Shown: piece by piece, positions 8,732 through 16,162 of the stretch
Layout: each line of letters opens with the position of its first letter
How positions within the stretch are numbered: position 1 is the stretch's first letter
UHGV virus genome: UHGV-0178365
Length of the DNA: 42,064 bases
Source: a virus
Reading direction: 5' to 3' (one strand)
Notes under the pieces: generated by a model
The model's database searches: none
Seen by the model: only the letters and a program-made list of their open reading frames with translations
What the model was told of the DNA's origin: nothing
Program-made: the position numbers and the translations under genes

Positions 8732-9353
8732 CCAATCCCCAGAGCAGGCTGGTGAGCCTCAGCCGCTCCTCTTCAGTCCTCGCAGGCAGCGCCAGCTCCC
8801 GCTGCCTCTCGACCAGCCGCCTTCTCGCGTCGCCCTCGTACTCGGACGGGTCCGCGCCCCTCGCGGCCATGGCCGTCATTGTGAGCGACGAGTCACCCAG
8901 GCCGCGGAACAGCGGCCAGAAGCGCCACCAGTGCATGTCGAGCGCCGGATCCGTGAGGTCGATGCCGTACTCGCGTTGGAAGTCCGCGATGACGCGCGGA
9001 GCGTCGTAGTCCCAGTCCCAGAGCCTCGCCCCCTTCGCGGCGGCCTTGCCGAGCATGCGCTTGGGCTTCTGCGGCTCGTTGAGGTTGAGGAACCCTAGCG
9101 CCGCCTGGAGGGCGCCCGGCGGGTCGGCGTTGACGGCGTCGGGCAGCTCGATCCTGCGCACTCCGTCGTGGACCGCCCCCCGGCCGAAGTAGATCAGCAG
9201 GATCGCCTGCGCGCGCCCCGTGTCTCCCAGGTCGGGATCGTCGGCGGCCTGCATGGCGCGGATCCCGGCGCGGAACGACGTGGCGATGGAGACGGGCGCG
9301 CCGCCCACCTTGACGGAGGACGGCGCGCGGCCAAGGACGATGTTGGGATCCAT
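8724..9353 (-). CDS. Tail assembly chaperone-like protein (gpT position)
   Basis: Directly upstream of the tape measure. No RBS. Frame offset by one from the preceding gene. Confidence 0.4.
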   Translation of the reverse strand: MDPNIVLGRAPSSVKVGGAPVSIATSFRAGIRAMQAADDPDLGDTGRAQAILLIYFGRGAVHDGVRRIELPDAVNADPPGALQAALGFLNLNEPQKPKRMLGKAAAKGARLWDWDYDAPRVIADFQREYGIDLTDPALDMHWWRFWPLFRGLGDSSLTMTAMAARGADPSEYEGDARRRLVERQRELALPARTEEERLRLTSLLWGLDV

Positions 9354-9357
9354 GCGC

Positions 9358-9744
9358 CTACTCGGACGCTTCGGCGGCGTCCCAGTCCACGTCGGGCAGG
9401 TACTTGGCCAGGTTGGCCCGGAAGCCCTCGTCGACGCGGCTCTTGGTCACCTCGGCGTAGAGGTAGGCGAAAAGCTCCAACCCGTCGATGAAGTCGAACT
9501 TGCGAGACTTGAAGATGTCGGCGAACTGCTCGTCTCCGAGCAGCGCCTTGAGATAGCCGCGCACGTCCTGCGCGAGCAGCGCCATGCGGCCGCTGTCGCC
9601 GGCCAGCTGAGCGTAGTCGACGCGACTCAGCTTCGCGCTCCACTTCTCCACCTTGTCCAGCACGTCCGCGTCGCCGAGGTTGATCTCGTACGCCTTGCCC
9701 TCGATCTCGACATCCACCGTGTGCTTGGAAAAAGTAAAACCCAT
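9358..9744 (-). CDS. Tail assembly chaperone (gpG-like)
   Basis: 128 aa, acidic C-terminus, between major tail and tape measure. Confidence 0.5.
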   Translation of the reverse strand: MGFTFSKHTVDVEIEGKAYEINLGDADVLDKVEKWSAKLSRVDYAQLAGDSGRMALLAQDVRGYLKALLGDEQFADIFKSRKFDFIDGLELFAYLYAEVTKSRVDEGFRANLAKYLPDVDWDAAEASE

Positions 9745-9780
9745 GTCTAACCCTCCTGATCTGGTCTCTGTCTATACGTA

Positions 9781-9819
9781 GGAGGGCGCGGTGAAAGGAG
9801 TAAGCCCGCGCCCTCCGGA
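9781..9819 (-). terminator. Stable hairpin (10-bp perfect stem GGAGGGCGCG / CGCGCCCTCC) after the major tail gene
   Basis: Inverted repeat seen in sequence. No clear U-tract. Confidence 0.4.
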
Positions 9820-9827
9820 ACGCCTTG

Positions 9828-10346
9828 CTATCCCTGCGGGCCCGCCTCGGGGACGGACGGCGCCTGCCCTGCGGGCGCGAACGCCTTGGCCGACGCGTCC
9901 CACGTGCCCTCGGTCCACGCCTCGTCGCTCATGTTGAACGTGCCGGCGCTGGTCACGGGCTGGCCTTGGTTGGAGTTGGAGTGCGGGTTCGCGGTGAATT
10001 TGAACGCCGCCTTGTCGGCGAGCGCCTTGCCGGACTCGTCGAGCTTCCAGGTGTACACCTTGGCGATCTCGCAGGGCACGTCGAGGTCGTTTCGATGCTT
10101 GAAGATCCACTCGTCGAGCTCGCCGTCGCGCACGGTGTCCTTCTCCATGTTGATGGAGCAGGATCGGCCGTAGGTGAGCGTCGGCGGGGTCTTCCGGTCG
10201 ATCCATGCCGGCTCGTATGTCTTCGACTCGCCGGACTGCTCCCAGCTGAGCAGCTCGGTCGCCTTGACCCATTTCGGGGCCTCGGGCGTGCCGATGTTGA
10301 TGTAATTCTCGAGCTCGTAGCCCCACGCGACGTCTTCGTTCGCCAT
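9828..10346 (-). CDS. Major tail protein
   Basis: 172 aa, position upstream of chaperones, followed by a hairpin. Confidence 0.55.
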   Translation of the reverse strand: MANEDVAWGYELENYINIGTPEAPKWVKATELLSWEQSGESKTYEPAWIDRKTPPTLTYGRSCSINMEKDTVRDGELDEWIFKHRNDLDVPCEIAKVYTWKLDESGKALADKAAFKFTANPHSNSNQGQPVTSAGTFNMSDEAWTEGTWDASAKAFAPAGQAPSVPEAGPQG

Positions 10347-10361
10347 GGACGAGCCTCCTTC

Positions 10362-10820
10362 CTATCGCTGCGTCTTGTATTTGACCACCAGCGTCACCCG
10401 GTAGTCGGTGGTTCCGGGCGCCGCCTGCACCCTCGCGGGCAGCGTCCCGGCCTCGATCTCGCGTAGGCGCGCTCCCGGCCCGAGGTCGAGCGAGTACCCT
10501 GCGGACGGATCCGCGAGGGATCGCACGGCGGCGCAGAGCGATCGCAGGATCTCCTGCGCGTCGAGCCGCTCGGCGGTGTCGTCCGCCGCCTGCCGCAGCA
10601 CGAGCGCGACGGGCAGCCGCCAGACCGTCCCGCCGTCGAGGTAGCGCCGCTCGATCGGATCGCCGTCGAGCACCTGCATCGACACGCACGGCAGCTCCGA
10701 GCGGTCGGTCGGCAGGTACTCGTACTCGCACCGCAGGCCGGCCGGTGAGGACAGCACGAGCGCCTCGACGGCCCCGTACAGCCGCTCCACCACGTCGGCC
10801 CGATCCACGTCACCTTCCAT
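10362..10820 (-). CDS. Tail terminator / neck protein
   Basis: Position between the connectors and the major tail. Confidence 0.35.
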   Translation of the reverse strand: MEGDVDRADVVERLYGAVEALVLSSPAGLRCEYEYLPTDRSELPCVSMQVLDGDPIERRYLDGGTVWRLPVALVLRQAADDTAERLDAQEILRSLCAAVRSLADPSAGYSLDLGPGARLREIEAGTLPARVQAAPGTTDYRVTLVVKYKTQR

Positions 10821-11175
10821 TTGCCACGCCTCCCGCCTGGGTCCCGGCTATCCTGATCCACTTGCTGATGTTGGCCGCCTTCGCCGGGTCGAACCATTGC
10901 ATGCACGTGCCCGGCCAGCGCTTGTTCGGCAGCCCGTAGTACTGCGCCCGCGCGTACGGCACCGACGCGTTGCCCCAGACGAGCAGCCCGTCCTCCGGCA
11001 CGCTCTCGGTCTCCGCCGTGCCCCTCAGGTGCCCGTCGAGGTACGGCACGTAGGGCTTGCAGTCCTCGCGGGCTGCGAGCGTCACCCCGGTCGTGACGGC
11101 CCGCTCCATGCCTTTGGCCTTCGCGATGGCGCGGGACAGGTCGCAGCTTCCGAGCTTCGCCGAAACCTTCATCGC
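10810..11175 (-). CDS. Neck / head-tail protein
   Basis: Real start MKVSAKL. The remainder of the track ORF is an Arg-rich artefact. Confidence 0.35.
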   Translation of the reverse strand, partial: AMKVSAKLGSCDLSRAIAKAKGMERAVTTGVTLAAREDCKPYVPYLDGHLRGTAETESVPEDGLLVWGNASVPYARAQYYGLPNKRWPGTCMQWFDPAKAANISKWIRIAGTQAGGVANGR

Positions 11176-11510
11176 GCCGTCGCCTCGTAGTGGTCGACCG
11201 CCCGCCCTCGGCGCACCGGCTCCACCGACTCGACGGCGAGCGCCTGCGGCTCTGGGCCGGGGGACGACGACGCGCCGAGCATGGCTCGGTCGCCCCTGCG
11301 CGGCTCCCACGACGTGCCGCATCCGCCCGTGCCGCGGGGGACGAGCAGGCGCGCCTCGTCCCTCGCGGAGTCCTCCATGCCGGAGCTCTTGGCCCTGGCC
11401 TCGATCCACCTGACCCCGCGCAGGACGCGCCTGGCCCACACGGCGCGGCGCTCGCCGTCCTCGCCGTCGCGGCGCCACACGGTGACGGTGTGCGGGTACG
11501 CGCGGCTCAC
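11169..11510 (-). CDS. Head-tail joining protein (GTG start overlapping the upstream stop as GTGA)
   Basis: YPHTVTVWRR...G motif region typical of head-tail joining proteins. Carved from the overextended ORF 11169..12482. Confidence 0.4.
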   Translation of the reverse strand: MSRAYPHTVTVWRRDGEDGERRAVWARRVLRGVRWIEARAKSSGMEDSARDEARLLVPRGTGGCGTSWEPRRGDRAMLGASSSPGPEPQALAVESVEPVRRGRAVDHYEATAR

Positions 11511-11848
11511 AGCCAGGCCCCGTAGAGGATCCGACCCGGCGCCTGCGCGAGCATGCGGTCGATAGCCCGGTCCACCGACATCGACGCGGCGTCCACGAGG
11601 CGCTCGGACACGCCGCCGGCGGTGTAGGACGATGCCGCCGGGTCGGCTAGCGCCTCGCAGGCGGCGCACACGGCGCGCTTGTACGCGTCGATCTCGCCGT
11701 CCGGCATCGCCGACAGGTCGCGGTGCGCGATCCTCTCGTCGACGCGCGCCTCGGCGTCGGGCAGGACGGCCTCGTATTCGTCCTGCCCGAGCCTGCCGGA
11801 TCCGCACTCCGCCGAGTACCATGCGTATGTCGGGGCGTGGCCGAGCAT
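11507..11848 (-). CDS. Head-tail connector (gp6-like)
   Basis: 113 aa directly after the major capsid. Confidence 0.4.
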   Translation of the reverse strand: MLGHAPTYAWYSAECGSGRLGQDEYEAVLPDAEARVDERIAHRDLSAMPDGEIDAYKRAVCAACEALADPAASSYTAGGVSERLVDAASMSVDRAIDRMLAQAPGRILYGAWL

Positions 11849-11851
11849 CGC

Positions 11852-12748
11852 CTAGCCTGCGGGGTTCTGCGCGGGCGTTGCCGACGGGGCCTCGATGGCG
11901 CACACCACGATGCCGTCCATGACCTCGGCGAACAGCTTGGAGCCGGTGAGCACGGTCGTCTTCGTGGTCAGGTCGTCGTAGTCTACGGTTCGATGCACGC
12001 CGATGAGGCCGGTCGCGTCGGTGACGAACTCGAACGCCTTGGCCACGTCCCCGTTCTTGGGGTTCGTGTAGTAGAGGATGATGTTGTCCTTGGCCGTCGT
12101 GATGACCTTGCCCTTCGGCACGCCGGTGTACACCAGCACGTCGTAGATGCCCAGGAACGCCTCGAGGTAGGTCATGCCGAACGCCGTCTGCACGGTGACG
12201 TCCTTCTTGGCCAGGTACTCGCCGATGTCCTCGGGGTTGACGAAGTAGAGGTAGCCGCTCGCGTCGGTGTCCTCCCACAGCACCTGGTTCTTGGTCCAGC
12301 AGGCGGCGAGCGCGCCCTGCAGGCCCTCGCCGGATGCCGCGCCCGTGCCGGTGGGCAGGAAGTCGAAGAAGTCCTTGCGGATGCCCTCCTGGACGTCGCG
12401 CAGCATCTTCGCGTCGGTGTCCTCGACCGCCTGCTCGTAGCCCTTGTCGTTGATGGCCTCGTAAGAGGTCTGCTTGCGCCACTTCTTGAGCTTGAGCTCG
12501 AAGATCTCGCCGACATCGGTCTTGTACTTGGACAGGGGGATGACCTCGCCCTCGGCGACGTTGCCGTCCTCAAGCTTGCCGGTCACCTTGTAGGTCTTCA
12601 CGACCTGGCCGGGCTTCTTCTCGATCCTGCGCGTGATGCCGAGCAGCTCGGCGAGCTGGTTGATGTTCGTCTCGAATCGCGCGGCGAAGTCGACGGCGCT
12701 CACCTTCGCGAAGTCCGCCGCCTTCTGCATGTTTGCGTCTGCAGGCAT
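11852..12748 (-). CDS. Major capsid protein
   Basis: 298 aa after the scaffold. HK97-like size and composition. Confidence 0.65.
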   Translation of the reverse strand: MPADANMQKAADFAKVSAVDFAARFETNINQLAELLGITRRIEKKPGQVVKTYKVTGKLEDGNVAEGEVIPLSKYKTDVGEIFELKLKKWRKQTSYEAINDKGYEQAVEDTDAKMLRDVQEGIRKDFFDFLPTGTGAASGEGLQGALAACWTKNQVLWEDTDASGYLYFVNPEDIGEYLAKKDVTVQTAFGMTYLEAFLGIYDVLVYTGVPKGKVITTAKDNIILYYTNPKNGDVAKAFEFVTDATGLIGVHRTVDYDDLTTKTTVLTGSKLFAEVMDGIVVCAIEAPSATPAQNPAG

Positions 12749-12760
12749 GTTTTTTTCTCC

Positions 12761-13357
12761 TTACTCGAAGAGATCCATGTGCTCGGCGATCTTCGCCCGG
12801 CGCTCGGCCGGGTCCTTGATCGCCATGATCTCGTCCTTGGTCATCTTCTTGACCGGGCCGCCGGGCGTCGCCGCCGAGCTGACCACGGTTTCCGCGTCGA
12901 ACAGGTGGGGGTAGGACTCCTTGACCTTGGCGACATCGAGGCCGGACACGTGCCCGTCCTTGGCCACGTCGATGCCGTCCATGTCCAGGTGGGCGATCGC
13001 GCCCACGGTGTCGCTGCATCCCGCGGCGATCAGCGCGTTCTCGACCACGAGGGACTTCTCGCGCTGCTTCCACGCGCTCTCGGCGGCGTCAGCCGCCTTC
13101 TTGGCCTCGCCTTGCGCCTCCTCGACGGCGGCCTTCACGTCGTCCTCGGTAAGGGCTTTGGCCAGGCTGTCGTTGAGGTCTTTGAGCTGGCCCTCGGCCT
13201 CCTCGGCGCGCTTCTTCCAATCGTCGCGCTCCTGGGTGAGGCGCGCGTTCTGCGCTTTGAGGTCGGGCTCGCCCTTGGCGCCGCCCTCGCCGCCCGGCTG
13301 CGGGGCGTTCTGCTGGTTAGCGCCCGCGGGGCCGGGCTCGGGATCCTGTTTTTCCAT
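12761..13357 (-). CDS. Scaffolding protein
   Basis: Acidic coiled-coil protein between the head morphogenesis genes and the capsid. AGGAGCAGG RBS. Confidence 0.7.
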   Translation of the reverse strand: MEKQDPEPGPAGANQQNAPQPGGEGGAKGEPDLKAQNARLTQERDDWKKRAEEAEGQLKDLNDSLAKALTEDDVKAAVEEAQGEAKKAADAAESAWKQREKSLVVENALIAAGCSDTVGAIAHLDMDGIDVAKDGHVSGLDVAKVKESYPHLFDAETVVSSAATPGGPVKKMTKDEIMAIKDPAERRAKIAEHMDLFE

Positions 13358-13491
13358 CCTGCTCCTATCGTCGTGTTTGGTACGCGCTTCCCTGCGCGCT
13401 TGACGCGCCCCTCTCCGCTCGGGGCCGGCGAACGATGCGCCTCTTCGCTCGGCGCTCGCGATGGCAGCATGATGGGGGAGGTGTCACCGCG

Positions 13492-13725
13492 TCACCCGTC
13501 CGGCTCGTACGTGCCGTGCTCGCCGCATCCGTCCTTCGGGTGCATGCGCGGCCGCAGCTGCAGCGCCGAGCCGTCGGCGAGCACGTAGACCTCGGGAGGG
13601 TACCGGCGGCACTCGACCAGGCCGTCCTCGTCGACCCGGCTGGCCCAGACGCAGCTGGCGCATGATATGTCCTCGGGGAGCGCGTTCGTCATGCCGGAGA
13701 TGATGGGAGATGCGTCACCGGGCAT
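13492..13725 (-). CDS. Small Cys-rich hypothetical protein
   Basis: 77 aa. Its start overlaps a copy of the junction motif. Confidence 0.3.
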   Translation of the reverse strand: MPGDASPIISGMTNALPEDISCASCVWASRVDEDGLVECRRYPPEVYVLADGSALQLRPRMHPKDGCGEHGTYEPDG

Positions 13726-13767
13726 GGAAAAGCCGCCCCGTAGGGCGGCTCATGCGGACGATTGCCG

Positions 13768-15039
13768 CTAGTTGGTTTTCTCGTTATCGACCGCTTTTCG
13801 CAGTGCCTCCTCGTACTCGGCCTCGCTCGTCGGTTCCAGCCCATGGGCTTCTAGCACAGGGTCGAACAGCTCCTGCTCGGCCTCGCGGCGAGCTTCAGCG
13901 GCATCGGCCAGCTCGTCGAACGTGCCGAGGTACTTGGTTCGCCCCTGGAACGTGATGGCGGCCTTGTACCTCCCGCTCTTCGTCCGGTAGACGCCCCGGA
14001 CGCCGGTCTTGTTGTCCGGCCTGAGCTTGCCGGACGCGATGGACGCGAGGTTGGTGCCGTCTACGTGGATCGCGTCCGATCGCGCCCGCATGTTCCTCGC
14101 CCGGTTCTCGTCGTTGCCGCACCCGCACGACGAGGTGTTTCCGTTGCGGAGCTCCTTGGTGCCGACGACGCAGGTTCTGCCGCATTCGCACAGGCAGCGC
14201 CAGAGCAGCCCGCCCGACCCGCTGCTGCCCTCCTCGCGCATCACGAGGAGCCTTCCGAACCGCTTTCCGGCAAGATCGGCCGCGTTCGACCGTCTCGGCC
14301 TGCCGTGGAGCCTCCCGCACGACGTCTCGGCTGTTGAGTAGTTCCGGAGGCTTCCGAACCCCCTCACCGCTTTCCTGCCGCAATCGCACTCGCACAGCAC
14401 GAGCCCGTTCCTGCCCCCGAACGTGCCGATCTCCGATACGACGGCCAGGTGCCCGAACTCCATCCCGACCCTCTGGTACTTGCGCTTCCCGGACGAAAGG
14501 CACCCGCACGACCGCGTCGCGCCCTTTTTCAAGTTCGCGACGGATGCGAAGGTTTCCCTTCCGCAGTCGCATACGCACTTCCACACGACGGAGCTGCCCG
14601 ATCTTCTCTCCGTCGGCTCGACGGCGACCAGCCTGCCGAACCGCTGGCCCCTCACGTCGGCTATTTTCCGGCCCAGGCAGCCGCAGGATGCGACCTTTCC
14701 CTGAACCAGGTCGCCGCTGCTCGCGAGCTTCTCGTTCCCGCAGTCGCACCTGCATCGCCACACGATGTTGCCGTTCGACCTCGTGTCCGTAGGCTCGAGC
14801 GCCACGAGCCGGCCGAACCGCTGGTTCGATATGTCCTTGCTCCTGAGACGGCTCAACGCCTCTTTGCCCAGGCAACCGCACGATTGCGAGTTCCCGCTCA
14901 GGAGGTTGCCCGCGGACACGATCCTCTCGTTGCCGCAGTCGCACCTGCACAGCCATCTCCTCGGCTTGGATTGAACGACCCTCACGGCCACGAGCCGGCC
15001 GAACCGCTGGCCGGCTAAGTCCTTCGGCTTCCCCCTCAT
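13768..15039 (-). CDS. Protein with five tandem ~45-aa Cys-rich repeats plus a C-terminal AP2 DNA-binding domain; possible HNH-associated / homing-type DNA-binding protein
   Basis: Repeat consensus QRFGRLxV...WxCxCDCGxExxV...LxxGxxxSCGCL five times. C-terminus GVRGVYRTKSGRYKAAITFQGRTKYLGTF fits AP2. Confidence 0.7.
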   Translation of the reverse strand: MRGKPKDLAGQRFGRLVAVRVVQSKPRRWLCRCDCGNERIVSAGNLLSGNSQSCGCLGKEALSRLRSKDISNQRFGRLVALEPTDTRSNGNIVWRCRCDCGNEKLASSGDLVQGKVASCGCLGRKIADVRGQRFGRLVAVEPTERRSGSSVVWKCVCDCGRETFASVANLKKGATRSCGCLSSGKRKYQRVGMEFGHLAVVSEIGTFGGRNGLVLCECDCGRKAVRGFGSLRNYSTAETSCGRLHGRPRRSNAADLAGKRFGRLLVMREEGSSGSGGLLWRCLCECGRTCVVGTKELRNGNTSSCGCGNDENRARNMRARSDAIHVDGTNLASIASGKLRPDNKTGVRGVYRTKSGRYKAAITFQGRTKYLGTFDELADAAEARREAEQELFDPVLEAHGLEPTSEAEYEEALRKAVDNEKTN

Positions 15040-15477
15040 CTACATCGCCTCTATCAGCTCTTCCACGATCCTCGAGCGCGTCTTGCCCGTGATCGACGCC
15101 TCGCGGTCGAGCTTCGCCCTCAGCTGCGAGTCGATGCTGAGCATCGTGGCGACCTTGGCGGGCTCCTCCTCGTCCGGGTCGCCGAACAGCGCCATGTACC
15201 TCTCGGCGGTCATGCTCCGCTCGGCCCATTCGCGCGCGTCATCGTAACCGACGACGCGGATGACCTCGCCGCCCGTCCAGTTCGTCCCGTCCGGGTCGAG
15301 TGGCTGGCCGCACCTCGAGTACGGGCCGCCCTCGGCGTGGACGAAGTACTCGCCCGTGCGCTTGCGGTAAAGCGTCTCGCGGTAGTAGCGCATATCGTCC
15401 GGATCGCCGTCGACCGCCTCGCCTATGCGCTCGGCCTTGTCGGTGTCGTACCGCTTGCCGCCGATGATCTTGTTCAC
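15040..15477 (-). CDS. Hypothetical protein with a C-terminal ribbon-helix-helix-like segment
   Basis: C-terminus ITGKTRSRIVEELIEAM resembles CopG/Arc RHH. Confidence 0.4.
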   Translation of the reverse strand: MNKIIGGKRYDTDKAERIGEAVDGDPDDMRYYRETLYRKRTGEYFVHAEGGPYSRCGQPLDPDGTNWTGGEVIRVVGYDDAREWAERSMTAERYMALFGDPDEEEPAKVATMLSIDSQLRAKLDREASITGKTRSRIVEELIEAM

Positions 15478-15486
15478 GATCCCTCC

Positions 15487-15828
15487 CTAGAAGATGTGGA
15501 CGCACACGGGATCGCTTATGACGACCTCACCCTCGTCCTCGCCAACCTCGTAGTCGTTGCCGCACACGATGGCGACGTGCTCGCCGAAGTAGAACCCGTG
15601 GATCGGGCTGTGGTCGTCGGCGTGCATGTCGATGCGCGCGCTCTTGACGGTGGTAGCCGACAGGCCGTCTATCTCTTCCTCGGTATCCTCGCCGTCGTTC
15701 CATACATGGGAGAGGTGGTCGATCTCGCCGAGCTCGAACGGCTCTTCCTGGGTGCGGATCGCGACTACGGCGTACTCGCCGATGTACTGCTTCGCTGCTT
15801 CCCTGATCTGCTCGATGCTCGGCTTCAT
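15487..15828 (-). CDS. Hypothetical acidic protein (start at MKPSIEQ)
   Basis: First gene after the AT-rich promoter island. The upstream ATG at 15864 sits inside a TATAAT box. Confidence 0.35.
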   Translation of the reverse strand: MKPSIEQIREAAKQYIGEYAVVAIRTQEEPFELGEIDHLSHVWNDGEDTEEEIDGLSATTVKSARIDMHADDHSPIHGFYFGEHVAIVCGNDYEVGEDEGEVVISDPVCVHIF

Positions 15829-15866
15829 CCTCTTGCCTTTCCTCGTCCCTTTCGATGCACTCATTA

Positions 15867-15900
15867 TAGCATACGTATATATAAACGTAAAGTGAAGTAG
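15867..15900 (-). promoter_or_regulatory. Sigma70-like promoter (TTTACG, 17 nt, TATAAT) in an AT-rich island
   Basis: The minus strand reads tttacgtttatatatacgtatgcTATAATg. The island is about 25% GC in a 65% GC genome. Confidence 0.45.
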
Positions 15901-15925
15901 AGTATATATATACGTATTTTTTTGG

Positions 15926-15952
15926 CGGCAAAAAAGCCCGCCGAAGCGGGCT
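15926..15952 (-). terminator. Rho-independent terminator: GCCCGC-cgaa-GCGGGC followed by a T-run on the minus strand
   Basis: Perfect 6-bp GC stem plus TTTTTT immediately downstream of gene 15956..16162. Confidence 0.7.
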
Positions 15953-15955
15953 CGC

Positions 15956-16162
15956 CTAGAACGCGTGCTCGGACCCTCGCCACCTCGTGCAGGCCGGCGG
16001 GTCGAACAGCTTGTGCGCCCTGATCTCGTCGCGCCCGAGCGAGACGGTGAACGTACCGCTCTCCATGGAGTAGCGGTACGATGCGCCGCATCCTTCCAGC
16101 GCGTCGATCTGCGCTTTCGTCCCTTCGAGCAGAACGTCGAATATGTCCTCGATCTTGTTCAT
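15956..16162 (-). CDS. Small hypothetical protein
   Basis: 68 aa, followed by the terminator. Confidence 0.3.
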   Translation of the reverse strand: MNKIEDIFDVLLEGTKAQIDALEGCGASYRYSMESGTFTVSLGRDEIRAHKLFDPPACTRWRGSEHAF

